Below are positions 18,978 to 31,593 of a stretch of DNA of 64,000 bases, one piece after another. The notes beneath the pieces were generated by a model. It was given only the letters and a program-made list of their open reading frames with translations. It was not told the DNA's origin and searched no databases. The translations under genes and the position numbers were made by a program. Within the stretch, counting starts at the first letter, position 1, and every line of letters begins with the position of its first letter. This DNA comes from Candidatus Sumerlaeia bacterium (GTDB lineage Bacteria > Sumerlaeota > Sumerlaeia > SLMS01 > JANRJK01): the NCBI GenBank assembly GCA_033764015.1, contig JANRJK010000017.1:1-64000 (forward strand). The letters run 5' to 3'.

Positions 18978-20215
18978 TGCCGATGACGCAGGCCCTCCCC
19001 CCCGACTCCGTCCTGGTGACGCTTGGCGACCTCCTGCGCCACCTTTGGCGCAGGCGGTATCTCGCGCTCGGCGCCCCCGCGGCACTTGTGGTGCTGACGT
19101 ACCTGTTCCTCAAGTTCCTCGCCGGCGAGAACTTCCAGGCCACCGCGACCGTGATGGTGCGCCCACCGGCGGCGGCGCTCCGCAGCGGCCCCAACCTCGG
19201 CTCCCTCGAGGTCCCCTCCTACAAGGACATCCTGACGAACGACGAGCTGGTGCGCTCCGTGGTGGACGCGGCCCGCGGGCGCTTCGCCGACGACCTCGGG
19301 GACGCGAAGTTCGAGGAGCTGAAGCGCAACTTCTCCGTCCGCGTGGTCACCACGCGCGACACGTCGGTGCAGACCACGTTCTCGCCGGTGCTCGAAATGA
19401 CCGTAAAAGGCCCCTCGCCGGACGCCGCCCTCTTCATGATGCAGCAGTGGCTCGATGGCGCGCTGGCCCGCTACGGCGGCCTCTTCAGCGACCAGATGCG
19501 CGACGTCGCGGAGGCGAGCTCCGAGAAGGCGACCGGCGCCATCGAGCGACTCGGCGAACTGCGCCGCAAGGAGCAGGAGCTCAGCCGGCGCCTCGAACTG
19601 GTCGATACCGTGATCTCCTCGAAGTACCGCCTGCTCGACTCCGGCTACGGGGAGACAGGGCTGGTCTTCAACCTCGATATGGCGGAGCCCTCAGAAGGCC
19701 TACCCCAAGCCTCCCGCAGCTTCTCGTTCCGCGGCTTGATGGCGGAACAGGCCCGTCTCGAGCTCCGGATCGCCGAACTCGAAGGGCGCCCGGAGGATGG
19801 CACCGGCGCAGCGGAACTCGCCGGCGTGCGAAGCCGCCTCGAGCGCTCCAACGAGCTGATCGCGCAGATCGGCGCGGACCTCGAGGCGCTCGCCTCCCGC
19901 TCCGCCGAGCTTCGCGGCGAGTACGAGGCCGCGAAGGCGTCCGCCGGGCTCGCCGAGCAGGCCGTCGAGGCGCTCTCCGAGATCGCCGCCCGCGCCGCCG
20001 CGGACCAGACGTTGGTAGTCGGCGACGGCTCCGCCGCGAAGGGCGACCTCCGCGTCCTTTCGAGCCCCGTGCTGCCCGAGAAGCGCGTCGGATTCAGCCG
20101 CGTCCTCACCGCCATCGCCGCCGGCACCGCCTTCTTCGTCTTCCTGCTCCTCCTGTTCTCCATTGAAATCGCCCTCGCGCGGGTGCTCCAGTCCGACAAG
20201 TCTGCGAATGCCTGA
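18977..20215 (+). CDS. Wzz/GumC-like polysaccharide co-polymerase-type membrane protein
   Basis: N-terminal DLLRHLWRRRY plus TM and F-x-ATAT; long coiled coil; C-terminal VLSSPVLPEK plus TM. Confidence 0.65.
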   Translation: MPMTQALPPDSVLVTLGDLLRHLWRRRYLALGAPAALVVLTYLFLKFLAGENFQATATVMVRPPAAALRSGPNLGSLEVPSYKDILTNDELVRSVVDAARGRFADDLGDAKFEELKRNFSVRVVTTRDTSVQTTFSPVLEMTVKGPSPDAALFMMQQWLDGALARYGGLFSDQMRDVAEASSEKATGAIERLGELRRKEQELSRRLELVDTVISSKYRLLDSGYGETGLVFNLDMAEPSEGLPQASRSFSFRGLMAEQARLELRIAELEGRPEDGTGAAELAGVRSRLERSNELIAQIGADLEALASRSAELRGEYEAAKASAGLAEQAVEALSEIAARAAADQTLVVGDGSAAKGDLRVLSSPVLPEKRVGFSRVLTAIAAGTAFFVFLLLLFSIEIALARVLQSDKSANA

Positions 20216-20240
20216 AGCCCCATCCCCCCCCGGAAGTCCC

Positions 20241-21440
20241 ATGAGCACCGACACGCTGTCCTTCGCCGAAACCGCCCAATCGATCCAGGATTGGATTGTC
20301 GGCCACCGCCGCCACCTGCACCGCCACCCGGAGTTGAGCTTCCACGAGGAGAAGACGTCCGCCTACCTGGCGGAACAGGTCCGCTCCCTCGGTCTCGCGC
20401 CGGTTCCGGTGAAGGCGGGCCGCTTCGGCTTCTACGCGGACCTGGCGGCGCCCGCCGCGCCGGGGCGCTTCATCGCGCTGCGCGCCGACATGGACGCGCT
20501 TCCGATCCAGGAGGAGACGGGGCTGCCGTTCAGCTCGGAGAACCCCGGCGTGGGGCACCTGTGCGGGCACGATTCGCACTCCTCGATGCTCCTCGGCGCG
20601 GCCCGGATGCTCGTCGAGCGCCGCGCGGAACTGCCGCGGTCGGTGCGGTTCTTCTTCCAGCACGCCGAGGAGATCCTCCCCGGCGGCGCCATCGACTTCG
20701 TCGAGTCCGGCGCCATGGCGGGCGTGGAGCACGTCTTCGGCCTCCATGTGCGCCCGAACATGCCCATCGGGCAGTTCAGCGTGTTTCCCGGCCCCACCAT
20801 GGCGAGCGCGACCGAGGTGAAGATCACGGTGCGCGGCAAGGGCGGCCACGCCGCCGCCCCGCACGACGCGGTGGACCCGGTGCTCGGCGCCGCCGCGGTG
20901 GTGATGGCGGCGCAGCAGGTCGTCTCGCGCCGCACCGATCCCTTCGACACCGCCGTCGTCTCGCTCTGCCAGATCAAGGGCGGCTCCGCCCACAACGTGA
21001 TCCCCTCCGAAGTGTCGATCCTCGGCACCACGCGCGGCTTCGACATGGAGAAGCTCCGCAAGGTGAACCGGCACCTGGAACAGACCGCCCGCGCCGCCGC
21101 GCAGGCGTACGGCTGCGAGGCCGAGGTCGTCATCGAAGAGGGCTACCCCCCCGTCATGAACGACCCGGACGCTTCGCGGATGCTGATCGCCGCGGCGCAG
21201 TCGGTCCTCGGCGCGGAGAACGTCCGGACCGACTTCCGCAGCATGGGGGGCGAAGACTTCGCATACTTCTGCCTCGCGGTGCCGAGCGCCTTCGGCTTCC
21301 TCGGTGTGATGCAGGGAGAGAGCTGCCCCTACTCGCTGCACCATCCGAAGTTCCACCCGGCGGAGGATGCCTTCTGGCGCGGTGCGGCGATCCTCGCTCA
21401 GTCGGTATACGCCGCGGCGGAGGCGGACGGTTCCGCCTGA
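20241..21440 (+). CDS. M20D family amidohydrolase
   Basis: RRHLHRHPELSFHE, LRADMDALP, HLCGHDSH, FQHAEE, GKGGHAA, GEDFA, LHHPKF. Confidence 0.92.
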   Translation: MSTDTLSFAETAQSIQDWIVGHRRHLHRHPELSFHEEKTSAYLAEQVRSLGLAPVPVKAGRFGFYADLAAPAAPGRFIALRADMDALPIQEETGLPFSSENPGVGHLCGHDSHSSMLLGAARMLVERRAELPRSVRFFFQHAEEILPGGAIDFVESGAMAGVEHVFGLHVRPNMPIGQFSVFPGPTMASATEVKITVRGKGGHAAAPHDAVDPVLGAAAVVMAAQQVVSRRTDPFDTAVVSLCQIKGGSAHNVIPSEVSILGTTRGFDMEKLRKVNRHLEQTARAAAQAYGCEAEVVIEEGYPPVMNDPDASRMLIAAAQSVLGAENVRTDFRSMGGEDFAYFCLAVPSAFGFLGVMQGESCPYSLHHPKFHPAEDAFWRGAAILAQSVYAAAEADGSA

Positions 21441-21509
21441 CTCCGTGCGTTTGGCCCCTGCCTTGCCCCGGGGGCCGGTAGCGGCGGGTTCCCCCCGCAG
21501 GAGCCAACC

Positions 21510-22346
21510 ATGAGCCTCTCGCGCGTGCGCCTCGGCATCGTCCCCTACACCAACGTCCTTCCGCTGCTGGAGGGGCTGGAGGTGGCGGTCCCGCGCGAGC
21601 GCTGGATCGCCGCGACCCCCCGCGAACTGGCGGGCCTGCTCGCCGCGGGAGAAATCGACGCCGCCACGCTGCCCGTCTTCGAGGCGCTCCGCGCGGGGTA
21701 CGACCTGGCATACGGCTGCGCCATCGCCTGCGACGGTCCCGTCCGCAGCGTCCAGATTTTCTCCAAGGTCCAGCTGTCCGAGGTCCGCCACCTCCTCCTA
21801 GACCGCAGCTCGCTCACCTCCGTCCACCTCGCGCAGGTGTTGCTCGCGGACCATTGGCGGGCCGATCCGCGGTTGGAGACCAGCGCGGCTCCGCTCGACC
21901 GCGCGTTCGATTGGCGCAGCCACCCCGCCGACGCGTTCCTCGCCATCGGCGACACGGCGCTCGCCTGGGAGCACGCCTTCCCCCACGCCTACGACCTCGG
22001 CGCGGAGTGGCGCGCCCTCACCGGCCTGCCGTTCGTGTTCGCCGGTTGGGCGTTGCGCCCCGGCGACCCCCGCGCGGAGGCGCTCGCCGCCGCGTTCCTC
22101 GCCGCCCGCCGCCGTGGCGAGGCGGCCGCCTCCGCCATCGCCCGCCGCGAAGCCACCGCCGCGGGATTCGACGCTGCGAGCCTCGAGCATTACCTCACGC
22201 AAGCGATCCGCTACCGGCTCGGGGCGACGGAGCTTGCGGCGATCGACGAGTACCGCCGCCGCCTCGCCGCGCTCGGCTTCCTCGACGACCATTGCGCAAC
22301 GCCCCGCCTGATTGGCCGTCCGGCGCCGGAGCCCGCCGCGCCATGA
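21510..22346 (+). CDS. mqnA: Chorismate dehydratase (futalosine menaquinone pathway)
   Basis: LGIVPYTNVLPL, IACDGPVRSV, SLTSVHL, IGDTAL, DLGAEW..LTGLPFVFA.W. Confidence 0.85.
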   Translation: MSLSRVRLGIVPYTNVLPLLEGLEVAVPRERWIAATPRELAGLLAAGEIDAATLPVFEALRAGYDLAYGCAIACDGPVRSVQIFSKVQLSEVRHLLLDRSSLTSVHLAQVLLADHWRADPRLETSAAPLDRAFDWRSHPADAFLAIGDTALAWEHAFPHAYDLGAEWRALTGLPFVFAGWALRPGDPRAEALAAAFLAARRRGEAAASAIARREATAAGFDAASLEHYLTQAIRYRLGATELAAIDEYRRRLAALGFLDDHCATPRLIGRPAPEPAAP

Positions 22347-23251
22347 TGCCGCCCCCGCTCCCCCCCGGCTCGACCGTGGCGCTGCTCGCCATGTCGTCGC
22401 CCGCCCGCGAAGAGCGGGACGTTCCCGCCGCCTGCGCACTGCTCGAGTCCTGGGGCTACCGCGTGCGCCCCGGCGCCTCGCTCGGTTGGATCGACGACTA
22501 CCTGGCGGGCACCCCCGAGGACCGGGCCAGGGAACTGGCCGACACGCTCGCGGACCCCGCGGTGGACGGGGTTCTGTTCCTGCGCGGAGGCTCCGGCGCG
22601 GGACAGTTGCTCGCCCGCTTCGACACGCGTGCGCTGGCGCGCGGCAAGTGCCTCGGCGGCTACAGCGACCTCACCGCGCTGCTGAACACGCTCGCGATGC
22701 ACGGCGGTTCGGCCTGGCACCTGCCGACCACCGCCGCCCTCGCGACGCCGGAGAAGGCCACGCCCGCCACGGTGGACGCCGCCCGGCGGGCGCTCGCCGG
22801 GGAACTTGCGGGCGGCTACTCGCTCCGGCGACTCACCGGCGGATTCGCGGCCGAGCGCCCCGTCCCCGGCAACGCCCGCGGGCGGCTCCTCGGCGGCAAC
22901 CTCACCGTGTTCACCACGCTTCTCGGAACGCGCCACTTGCCGGACCCGGAGGGCGCGATCCTGTTCCTCGAAGACATCAACGAGCCCCCGTACCGCATCG
23001 ACCGCATGCTGACGCACCTCGGGAACGCCGGCTACCTGGACCGGCTCGCGGGGTTCGCCTTCGGCGGCTTCACCGCCTGCGATCCTCCCAAGCCCGGCGG
23101 GCGGACCGCCCTTGAAGCGGCGCTGTACGCACTCCGCGGGCGGCCCCTTCCGGTGATCGCCGGGCTCCCCGCCGGGCACGACGCCACGAGCTTCCCGCTC
23201 CCCATCGGAGCGGTCGCCGAGATCGACGGCGACGACCTGCTGCTGGCCTAG
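22343..23251 (+). CDS. LD-carboxypeptidase (peptidase S66)
   Basis: ATGA overlap with mqnA; YLAGT, RGGSG, GYSDLT, GGNL, LFLEDINE..YRIDRML, P.GH. Confidence 0.88.
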   Translation: MMPPPLPPGSTVALLAMSSPAREERDVPAACALLESWGYRVRPGASLGWIDDYLAGTPEDRARELADTLADPAVDGVLFLRGGSGAGQLLARFDTRALARGKCLGGYSDLTALLNTLAMHGGSAWHLPTTAALATPEKATPATVDAARRALAGELAGGYSLRRLTGGFAAERPVPGNARGRLLGGNLTVFTTLLGTRHLPDPEGAILFLEDINEPPYRIDRMLTHLGNAGYLDRLAGFAFGGFTACDPPKPGGRTALEAALYALRGRPLPVIAGLPAGHDATSFPLPIGAVAEIDGDDLLLA

Positions 23252-23252
23252 G

Positions 23253-23281
23253 AAAAGGGCCCCCCGGCTGGCGGGGGGCCC
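23253..23281 (-). terminator. Intrinsic terminator downstream of secA
   Basis: Stem GGGCCCCCCG/CGGGGGGCCC (5-nt loop) with AAAA on the plus strand immediately before it, which is the U-tract on the minus strand. Confidence 0.65.
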
Positions 23282-23326
23282 CATGGACTCCACACAGCGC
23301 GGCGGCGCTGGCCGCCGGCCCGCGCC

Positions 23327-26662
<3,336 letters not shown>

Positions 26663-26698
26663 CGGGGCGTTCCTTGCGGTCAGTGGGTTGCCGTCGCG

Positions 26699-27223
26699 TC
26701 ACTCGGTGCGCCCGGAGCGCTCCCGGAAGCGCGCCTCCATGTCGAGGAGGTGGCGCTTCATTTCGATGCCGCCGCCGAAACCGCCGAGGCCGCCGCCGCT
26801 CCGCACAACGCGGTGGCAGGGGACGACCAGGGGCAGCGGGTTGACCGCCATGGCGCGGGCCGCGGCCCGCACCGCCGAGGGGCGCTCGGCCTCCGCCGCC
26901 AGCCGCGCGTAGCTCCACACGGAGCCGGGCGGGATGCGGAGGCAGGCGGCGAGGACCTCGGCGTGGAACGGCGCGACCCCGGTGAATCGGTGGGGGAGCG
27001 CCTGCGCCGGGCGTCCTTCGCGGAAGCAGGCGGCGAGCTCGGCGGCGAACGCTTGCGTATCCGGGTCGGCGGGCTCCGGCGCGAGAGGCTGTTCCTCGAC
27101 CGGAGGCAGCAGCACCCGCACCAGGTACCCGCCGGCCACCGCGAACGCGCCCGCGCCGAAGTGCTCGGCGGCGAACAGGTGCCAGTGCCAGGCGGGGCTG
27201 TCAGCCGCGCGCAGGGGGGCCAC
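26699..27223 (-). CDS. ogt: Methylated-DNA--protein-cysteine methyltransferase (Ogt/MGMT family)
   Basis: IPPGSVWSY, AVRAAARAMAVNPLPLVVPCHRV (active-site PCHR), GGFGGG; the GTG start at 27223 is tentative. Confidence 0.85.
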   Translation of the reverse strand: MAPLRAADSPAWHWHLFAAEHFGAGAFAVAGGYLVRVLLPPVEEQPLAPEPADPDTQAFAAELAACFREGRPAQALPHRFTGVAPFHAEVLAACLRIPPGSVWSYARLAAEAERPSAVRAAARAMAVNPLPLVVPCHRVVRSGGGLGGFGGGIEMKRHLLDMEARFRERSGRTE

Positions 27224-27590
27224 GCGGCGCGCCGGCGGTGGCGCGGGGCTCCTCGGATCGGAGGGAGGAAACCGGGGGAACCGCCGCCGCGCGGCGCGGC
27301 AGCGCCGGGCACTGCGCCACCGGGCGCAACCAGAGCGGGCCGAACGGCGCCGCCTCGGGCCGGGGCTCCGGCTCGTCCTGATCCACATCCGGGAGCGGCT
27401 TCGCGTCCTCGCCGCGGCGCTGGCGCTCGTCCATGACGAGCACCATGCGCGTGCGCGGCTCGCCATCGCCCCCCGGCACCCGGACCGCCATCATCGACAA
27501 CGCGCACGCGGCCGCGAGGGGTCCCATCAGCAGCGCCAAGGCGAGCCGCGAGGGTCGGGAAGGGAGGACAATGAAAACCGGTTCGTTCAT
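27201..27590 (-). CDS. Small protein with an N-terminal hydrophobic segment and C-terminal RGPP; candidate ribosome-arrest peptide
   Basis: MNEPVFIVLPSRPSRLALALLMGPLAAACALSMMAV...APRGPPARG-stop; fills the gap between ogt and tRNA-Leu on the secA strand. Confidence 0.55.
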   Translation of the reverse strand: MNEPVFIVLPSRPSRLALALLMGPLAAACALSMMAVRVPGGDGEPRTRMVLVMDERQRRGEDAKPLPDVDQDEPEPRPEAAPFGPLWLRPVAQCPALPRRAAAVPPVSSLRSEEPRATAGAPRGPPARG

Positions 27591-27716
27591 CGCAACGGCG
27601 CCCAGCCTCGGCAAGCGCGAGCCGCTGTCAAGCGATACGCGGGCCCGCGCGGTCCGCGGCGCGCCGCGAAGGATCAGGTTCCTCCGCGCCGAATCCGCAC
27701 CCCGATCCGATTCCGC

Positions 27717-27744
27717 TTGCCCGCGCCTGCGCCGCGCCTACTCT
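27717..27744 (+). promoter_or_regulatory. Candidate sigma70-type promoter of tRNA-Leu
   Basis: TTGCCC-N16-TACTCT ending 17 nt before the mature tRNA 5' end. Confidence 0.45.
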
Positions 27745-27760
27745 CGCGCATTCTGCCGGT

Positions 27761-27846
27761 GCCGTTGTGGCGGAATGGCAGACGCGCACGGTTCAGGTCC
27801 GTGTGCCCGAAAGGGCGTGGAGGTTCGACTCCTCTCGACGGCACCA
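27761..27846 (+). tRNA. tRNA-Leu (anticodon CAG)
   Basis: Acceptor stem GCCGTTG/CGACGGC plus ACCA; D arm TGGCGGAATGGCAGACGC; anticodon arm CACGG-TT CAG GT-CCGTG; long variable arm; GGTTCGACTCC. Confidence 0.96.
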
Positions 27847-27859
27847 TCTCCAAGCTTCA

Positions 27860-27896
27860 CGGGCCGGGGCGGCAACGCCCCGGCCCGTTTGGTTTT
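27860..27896 (+). terminator. Intrinsic terminator after tRNA-Leu
   Basis: CGGGCCGGGGC-GGCAAC-GCCCCGGCCCG followed by TTTGGTTTT. Confidence 0.8.
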
Positions 27897-27993
27897 CCGC
27901 CGGCGCGCTTTCCCCCTGTCGGCTTGACGCGGGCGCCCGCTCCTGTGCTTTGCTCTCGTGCTCCCCGCCCGGGCTATGCCGCCGGGCGTCGGT

Positions 27994-28069
27994 GGGCGTG
28001 TAGCTCAGTCGGTAGAGCAGCGGCCTTTTAAGCCGTTGGTCCTGGGTTCGAGTCCCAGCGCGCCTACCA
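27994..28069 (+). tRNA. tRNA-Lys (anticodon TTT)
   Basis: 76 nt; GGGCGTG/CGCGCCT acceptor plus ACCA; TAGCTCAGTCGGTAGAGC; GCGGC-CT TTT AA-GCCGT; GGTTCGAGTCC. Confidence 0.96.
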
Positions 28070-28211
28070 TTCCCCCCTCCGCTCCGCTTTCTTCGCCGCC
28101 ACCGCCACGTCCGCACCTGCGCGTCGCGGGGAGGGGCGCGGTGCTTTGGGCTAGTCCCGCCCTCCGCGCCGCGCGACGCTCCCGGGCGCCGAACCTTGCC
28201 GAGGAGACTCC

Positions 28212-29423
28212 ATGGCCACGCTGCTACCTTTCGCGGGAATCCGCCCCGACCCGGCGGTCGCCGCGGAGTTCATCTGCCCGCCCTACGATGTGCCGACGGA
28301 CGCGGAGGCGCGCGACCTGGTCGCCCGCCAGCCCAAGAGCTTCCTGCGCGTCACGCGCCCGGAAACCGTGATGGGGCCGGACGCCGACGCGCACTCGCCG
28401 GCCGCATACCAGACGGCCCGAGAAGTGTACGAGGCGCTGCTCGCGGAGGGCACCCTGCGGCGCGACGCCAAGGCGTGCTACTACGTCTACCGCCTGACCT
28501 GGCGCGGCGAGTCGCAGACCGGCCTCGTGGCGCTCGCGAGCGTTTCGGAGTACCACGGAGGCGTCTTCAAGCGGCATGAGCTGACACGCCCCGACAAGGA
28601 GAACGACCGCGTCGCGCACATCGAGGCGCTGCGCTGCCAGACGGGGCTAGTCTTCAGCGGCTTCCGCGCGACGCCCGCATTCAGCGCCCTGCTCCGGGCC
28701 CATTCCGCCGGCGTTCCCGTCGTGGACGTGCTGGCGGAGGACGGCGTCCGCCACGAGCTCTGGGTGGTCGATTCGATGGACGCGGAGGGCGAATTCGCCG
28801 CCGCCGCCCACGAGCTGGACGCGCTCTACATCTGCGACGGCCACCACCGCGCCGCGGCCGCCTCGCGCGTCGCGGCGGGGGAGTCCATCGCCGTCGGCAT
28901 CCTCACCGTCGCCTTCCCGCACGACCAGTTGCGCATCCTGCCCTACCACCGAGTGGTCACCGATCTGAACGGCCACACGCCGGAGGCGGTACGCGCCGCG
29001 ATCCACGCCGCGACGGATGCGGTGACCGGGGTCCCGGGAGCCTATCCCGCCGCGCCCGGCACGTTTTCCTACTACCTCGGCGGCGGCGAGTGGACGCACC
29101 GCCGCTTCAAGTCCGCCGACCGCACCACCGGCAGCGCCGTCGACCGGCTGGACGCGGCGCTCCTGCAGCGCCTCGTGCTCGAACCGGTGCTCGGCATCGA
29201 TGACATCCGCAAGAGCCCCCGCATCCGCTTCGTCGGCGGCATCCGCGGCACCGGCGAACTGGAGCGGCAGGTCGACGCGGGCGAGGCGGCGATCGCCTTC
29301 GCCCACCACCCGACCTCCATGGAGGAGCTGTTCGCCGTGGCCGACGCGGGGCTCCTGATGCCCCCCAAGTCCACCTGGTTCGAGCCGAAGCTCCGCGACG
29401 GCGTAGTGATGCACGCGTTCTAA
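28212..29423 (+). CDS. DUF1015 family protein
   Basis: PPYDV, KRHELTRPDKE.DR, YICDGHHR, ILPYHR, FVGGIRG, MPPKSTWFEPKLRDG. Confidence 0.9.
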   Translation: MATLLPFAGIRPDPAVAAEFICPPYDVPTDAEARDLVARQPKSFLRVTRPETVMGPDADAHSPAAYQTAREVYEALLAEGTLRRDAKACYYVYRLTWRGESQTGLVALASVSEYHGGVFKRHELTRPDKENDRVAHIEALRCQTGLVFSGFRATPAFSALLRAHSAGVPVVDVLAEDGVRHELWVVDSMDAEGEFAAAAHELDALYICDGHHRAAAASRVAAGESIAVGILTVAFPHDQLRILPYHRVVTDLNGHTPEAVRAAIHAATDAVTGVPGAYPAAPGTFSYYLGGGEWTHRRFKSADRTTGSAVDRLDAALLQRLVLEPVLGIDDIRKSPRIRFVGGIRGTGELERQVDAGEAAIAFAHHPTSMEELFAVADAGLLMPPKSTWFEPKLRDGVVMHAF

Positions 29424-29460
29424 GCCACCACCCCCGACCGCGCACCGCGAGGCGACAGCG

Positions 29461-30006
29461 ATGATCCTCACCGGCGAGGAAATCTCGGCACACCTGGGCA
29501 AGCGCATCGTGATCGACCCCTACGATCCGAAGCAGCTCAACCCGAACTCCTACAACCTCCGGCTCCACGACGAGCTGATGGTGTACGAGGACGAGGTGCT
29601 GGACATGCGGCGCCTACCGAAGACCTACCGCTTCCGGATCCCCCCCGAGGGCGTGGTGCTCCAGCCCGGCCGGCTCTACCTCGGGCGCACCGTCGAGTAC
29701 ACAGAGACGCAGGGCTTCGTGCCGATGCTCGAGGGCCGCAGCTCCATCGGGCGCCTCGGCCTCTTCGTCCACGTCACCGCGGGATTCGGCGACACGGGGT
29801 TCAAGGGCTACTGGACGCTCGAGATCACGGCGATCCACCCGCTGCGGATCTACGCGGGCGTCGAAATCTGCCAGATCTTCTACCATCAGGTGGTGGGGAA
29901 CGTGACACCCTACCGCAGCGACAAGTACCAGAACAACCGCGACATGCAGCCGTCGCTCCTCTACAAGGACTTCATCGAGGCGCCGAACCTGCCGGGGCTG
30001 GAGTAG
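29461..30006 (+). CDS. dcd: dCTP deaminase
   Basis: LNPNSYNLRL, EGRSSIGRLG, TAGFGD.GF.G.WTLEI, ICQIF. Confidence 0.92.
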   Translation: MILTGEEISAHLGKRIVIDPYDPKQLNPNSYNLRLHDELMVYEDEVLDMRRLPKTYRFRIPPEGVVLQPGRLYLGRTVEYTETQGFVPMLEGRSSIGRLGLFVHVTAGFGDTGFKGYWTLEITAIHPLRIYAGVEICQIFYHQVVGNVTPYRSDKYQNNRDMQPSLLYKDFIEAPNLPGLE

Positions 30007-30030
30007 CGGAGCCTTCGCGCTTGCGCGATT

Positions 30031-30046
30031 TGGCCGGGGATTTGCA
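30031..30046 (+). promoter_or_regulatory. Candidate sigma54 (-24/-12) promoter of the histidine kinase gene
   Basis: TGGCCGGGGATTTGCA has exact GG-N10-GC spacing with TGGC and TTGCA, in the short intergenic gap about 28 nt before the ATG. Confidence 0.55.
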
Positions 30047-30073
30047 CTCTGTCGCGCGACGGAGGCCGTCCGC

Positions 30074-31582
30074 ATGAGCGCATCCCAGCCCGCACCGCAG
30101 ACCCCGCCGCCCGCTCCGGGCTGGCTGGAGTGCTTCCGTGCCCGGTGCGGCCGGATCGCCTTCCCCATGCAGGCGATCCTGATCGCCGCGACGGCGCTGC
30201 TGTCGCTCGGGGCGCTCGCCGTGGGCGGCTACGCCTACTTCATCAACAGCTTGAAGAACGAACTGGTCTCCGACGCCAAGTCGCGCGTCGAGCTCGTCTG
30301 CGACGAGGCGCGCCGCGAAATCGAACGCGTCGTCTCGGACAAGGGCGCGGCGTGCCTCGGCGACGTGCAGGGCGCCAACGAGATCCGCCAGCAGCTCCGC
30401 CTCGTCACCCGCGAAGGCAGCGTGGTGATGGCCGTCCTCACCAAGGCGGACGGCACCGTCCTCGTCCAGCAGTACGGCAACATGGGCGACGCGCAGGTGG
30501 TGCCGGCGCAGAGCGCGCTGGAAATGGGTGGCACGCTGGCGGGGAGCGCCGAGCTGGAGTGGGACCTGAAGGTGAACGCCACCGCCCCGATCCCCGCGTC
30601 CGATATGCCGGCGGACGCGGAGCGGGTGAAGCTCCCGATCACGCGCGGCGGCGAGACGGTCGGCTTCCTCGAGTATGGCTTGTCGGCGGCGGCCGCGACC
30701 GGAAGCCTCGACAAGCTGAGCGTCCGCATCACGCGCCTGCTCTGGTGGATGGTCGGGATCGTCGGGGCGCTGGTGGTGGCCTCCATCGCCCTGCTGTACC
30801 GCGCGTCCATGCGGCACCTGGCGTTGCAGGCGCGCCACAACGACGCGCAGCACATGGCGCACATCGGCACCCTCGCCAGCGGCCTCGCACACGAAATCCG
30901 CAATCCCCTCCACGCGATGAACCTGCACCTCGAGGTCGCCCGCGAGGAGCTCGAACACGCCGACAAGGACGGCCCCGCCCGCGCGGCGGAGATCGTCGGC
31001 AACGTCCAGCGCTACGTCGCCAACCTGAACGGCACCCTCAACACGTTCCTCAACTACGCGCTGCCGAAGGAATTGGACCGCACACCGATCCGCTTCGAGA
31101 CGGTGCTACAGGAAGTGGTGGCGCTCCTGCGGCCCGAGCTCGACCGCCGGGGCGTGTCCCTTCGCCTCGAGTGCGACGCGGGGGCCGCCGAGGTGGCGGG
31201 CGACCAGAGCGCGCTTTCCCAGGTGCTCACCAACGTGATTCTGAACGCGGCGCAGGTCCTCGACGAGTCGCCGAATCCGCAGATCCTGGTCGCGCTCCGC
31301 CGCCAGCGCGGCGGCCTCCGCCTCGTCGTCGAGGACAACGGCCCCGGGATCCCCCCCGGCGAGGAGGAGCGGATCTTCGAACCCTTCGTCTCGCACCGCC
31401 GCGGCGGCACCGGGTTCGGCCTCGCCATCGCGCGGCGCGTGATCGCCGAGCACGGCGGGCGCATCGCCGCGGGGAAGTCGTCCCTCGGCGGGGCGGCCTT
31501 CACCATCTCGCTGCCGGTCGTCCACCCCTCCGGGGGCGCACCGGTTCCGATCCCATCCTCCTCGCAAGTGCGCGAGGCCTGA
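30074..31582 (+). CDS. Membrane sensor histidine kinase (NtrB-like)
   Basis: Two TM segments flanking a periplasmic domain; H-box [10 protein letters not shown]-box NVILNA, G1 DNGPG, G2 GTGFGL. Confidence 0.92.
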   Translation: MSASQPAPQTPPPAPGWLECFRARCGRIAFPMQAILIAATALLSLGALAVGGYAYFINSLKNELVSDAKSRVELVCDEARREIERVVSDKGAACLGDVQGANEIRQQLRLVTREGSVVMAVLTKADGTVLVQQYGNMGDAQVVPAQSALEMGGTLAGSAELEWDLKVNATAPIPASDMPADAERVKLPITRGGETVGFLEYGLSAAAATGSLDKLSVRITRLLWWMVGIVGALVVASIALLYRASMRHLALQARHNDAQHMAHIGTLASGLAHEIRNPLHAMNLHLEVAREELEHADKDGPARAAEIVGNVQRYVANLNGTLNTFLNYALPKELDRTPIRFETVLQEVVALLRPELDRRGVSLRLECDAGAAEVAGDQSALSQVLTNVILNAAQVLDESPNPQILVALRRQRGGLRLVVEDNGPGIPPGEEERIFEPFVSHRRGGTGFGLAIARRVIAEHGGRIAAGKSSLGGAAFTISLPVVHPSGGAPVPIPSSSQVREA

Positions 31583-31593
31583 CGGAGACCTTC

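Noticed and set aside
27761..28069. tRNA genes as integration sites for a genomic island
   Set aside because: No integrase in the window, and no duplicated tRNA 3' end was noticed.
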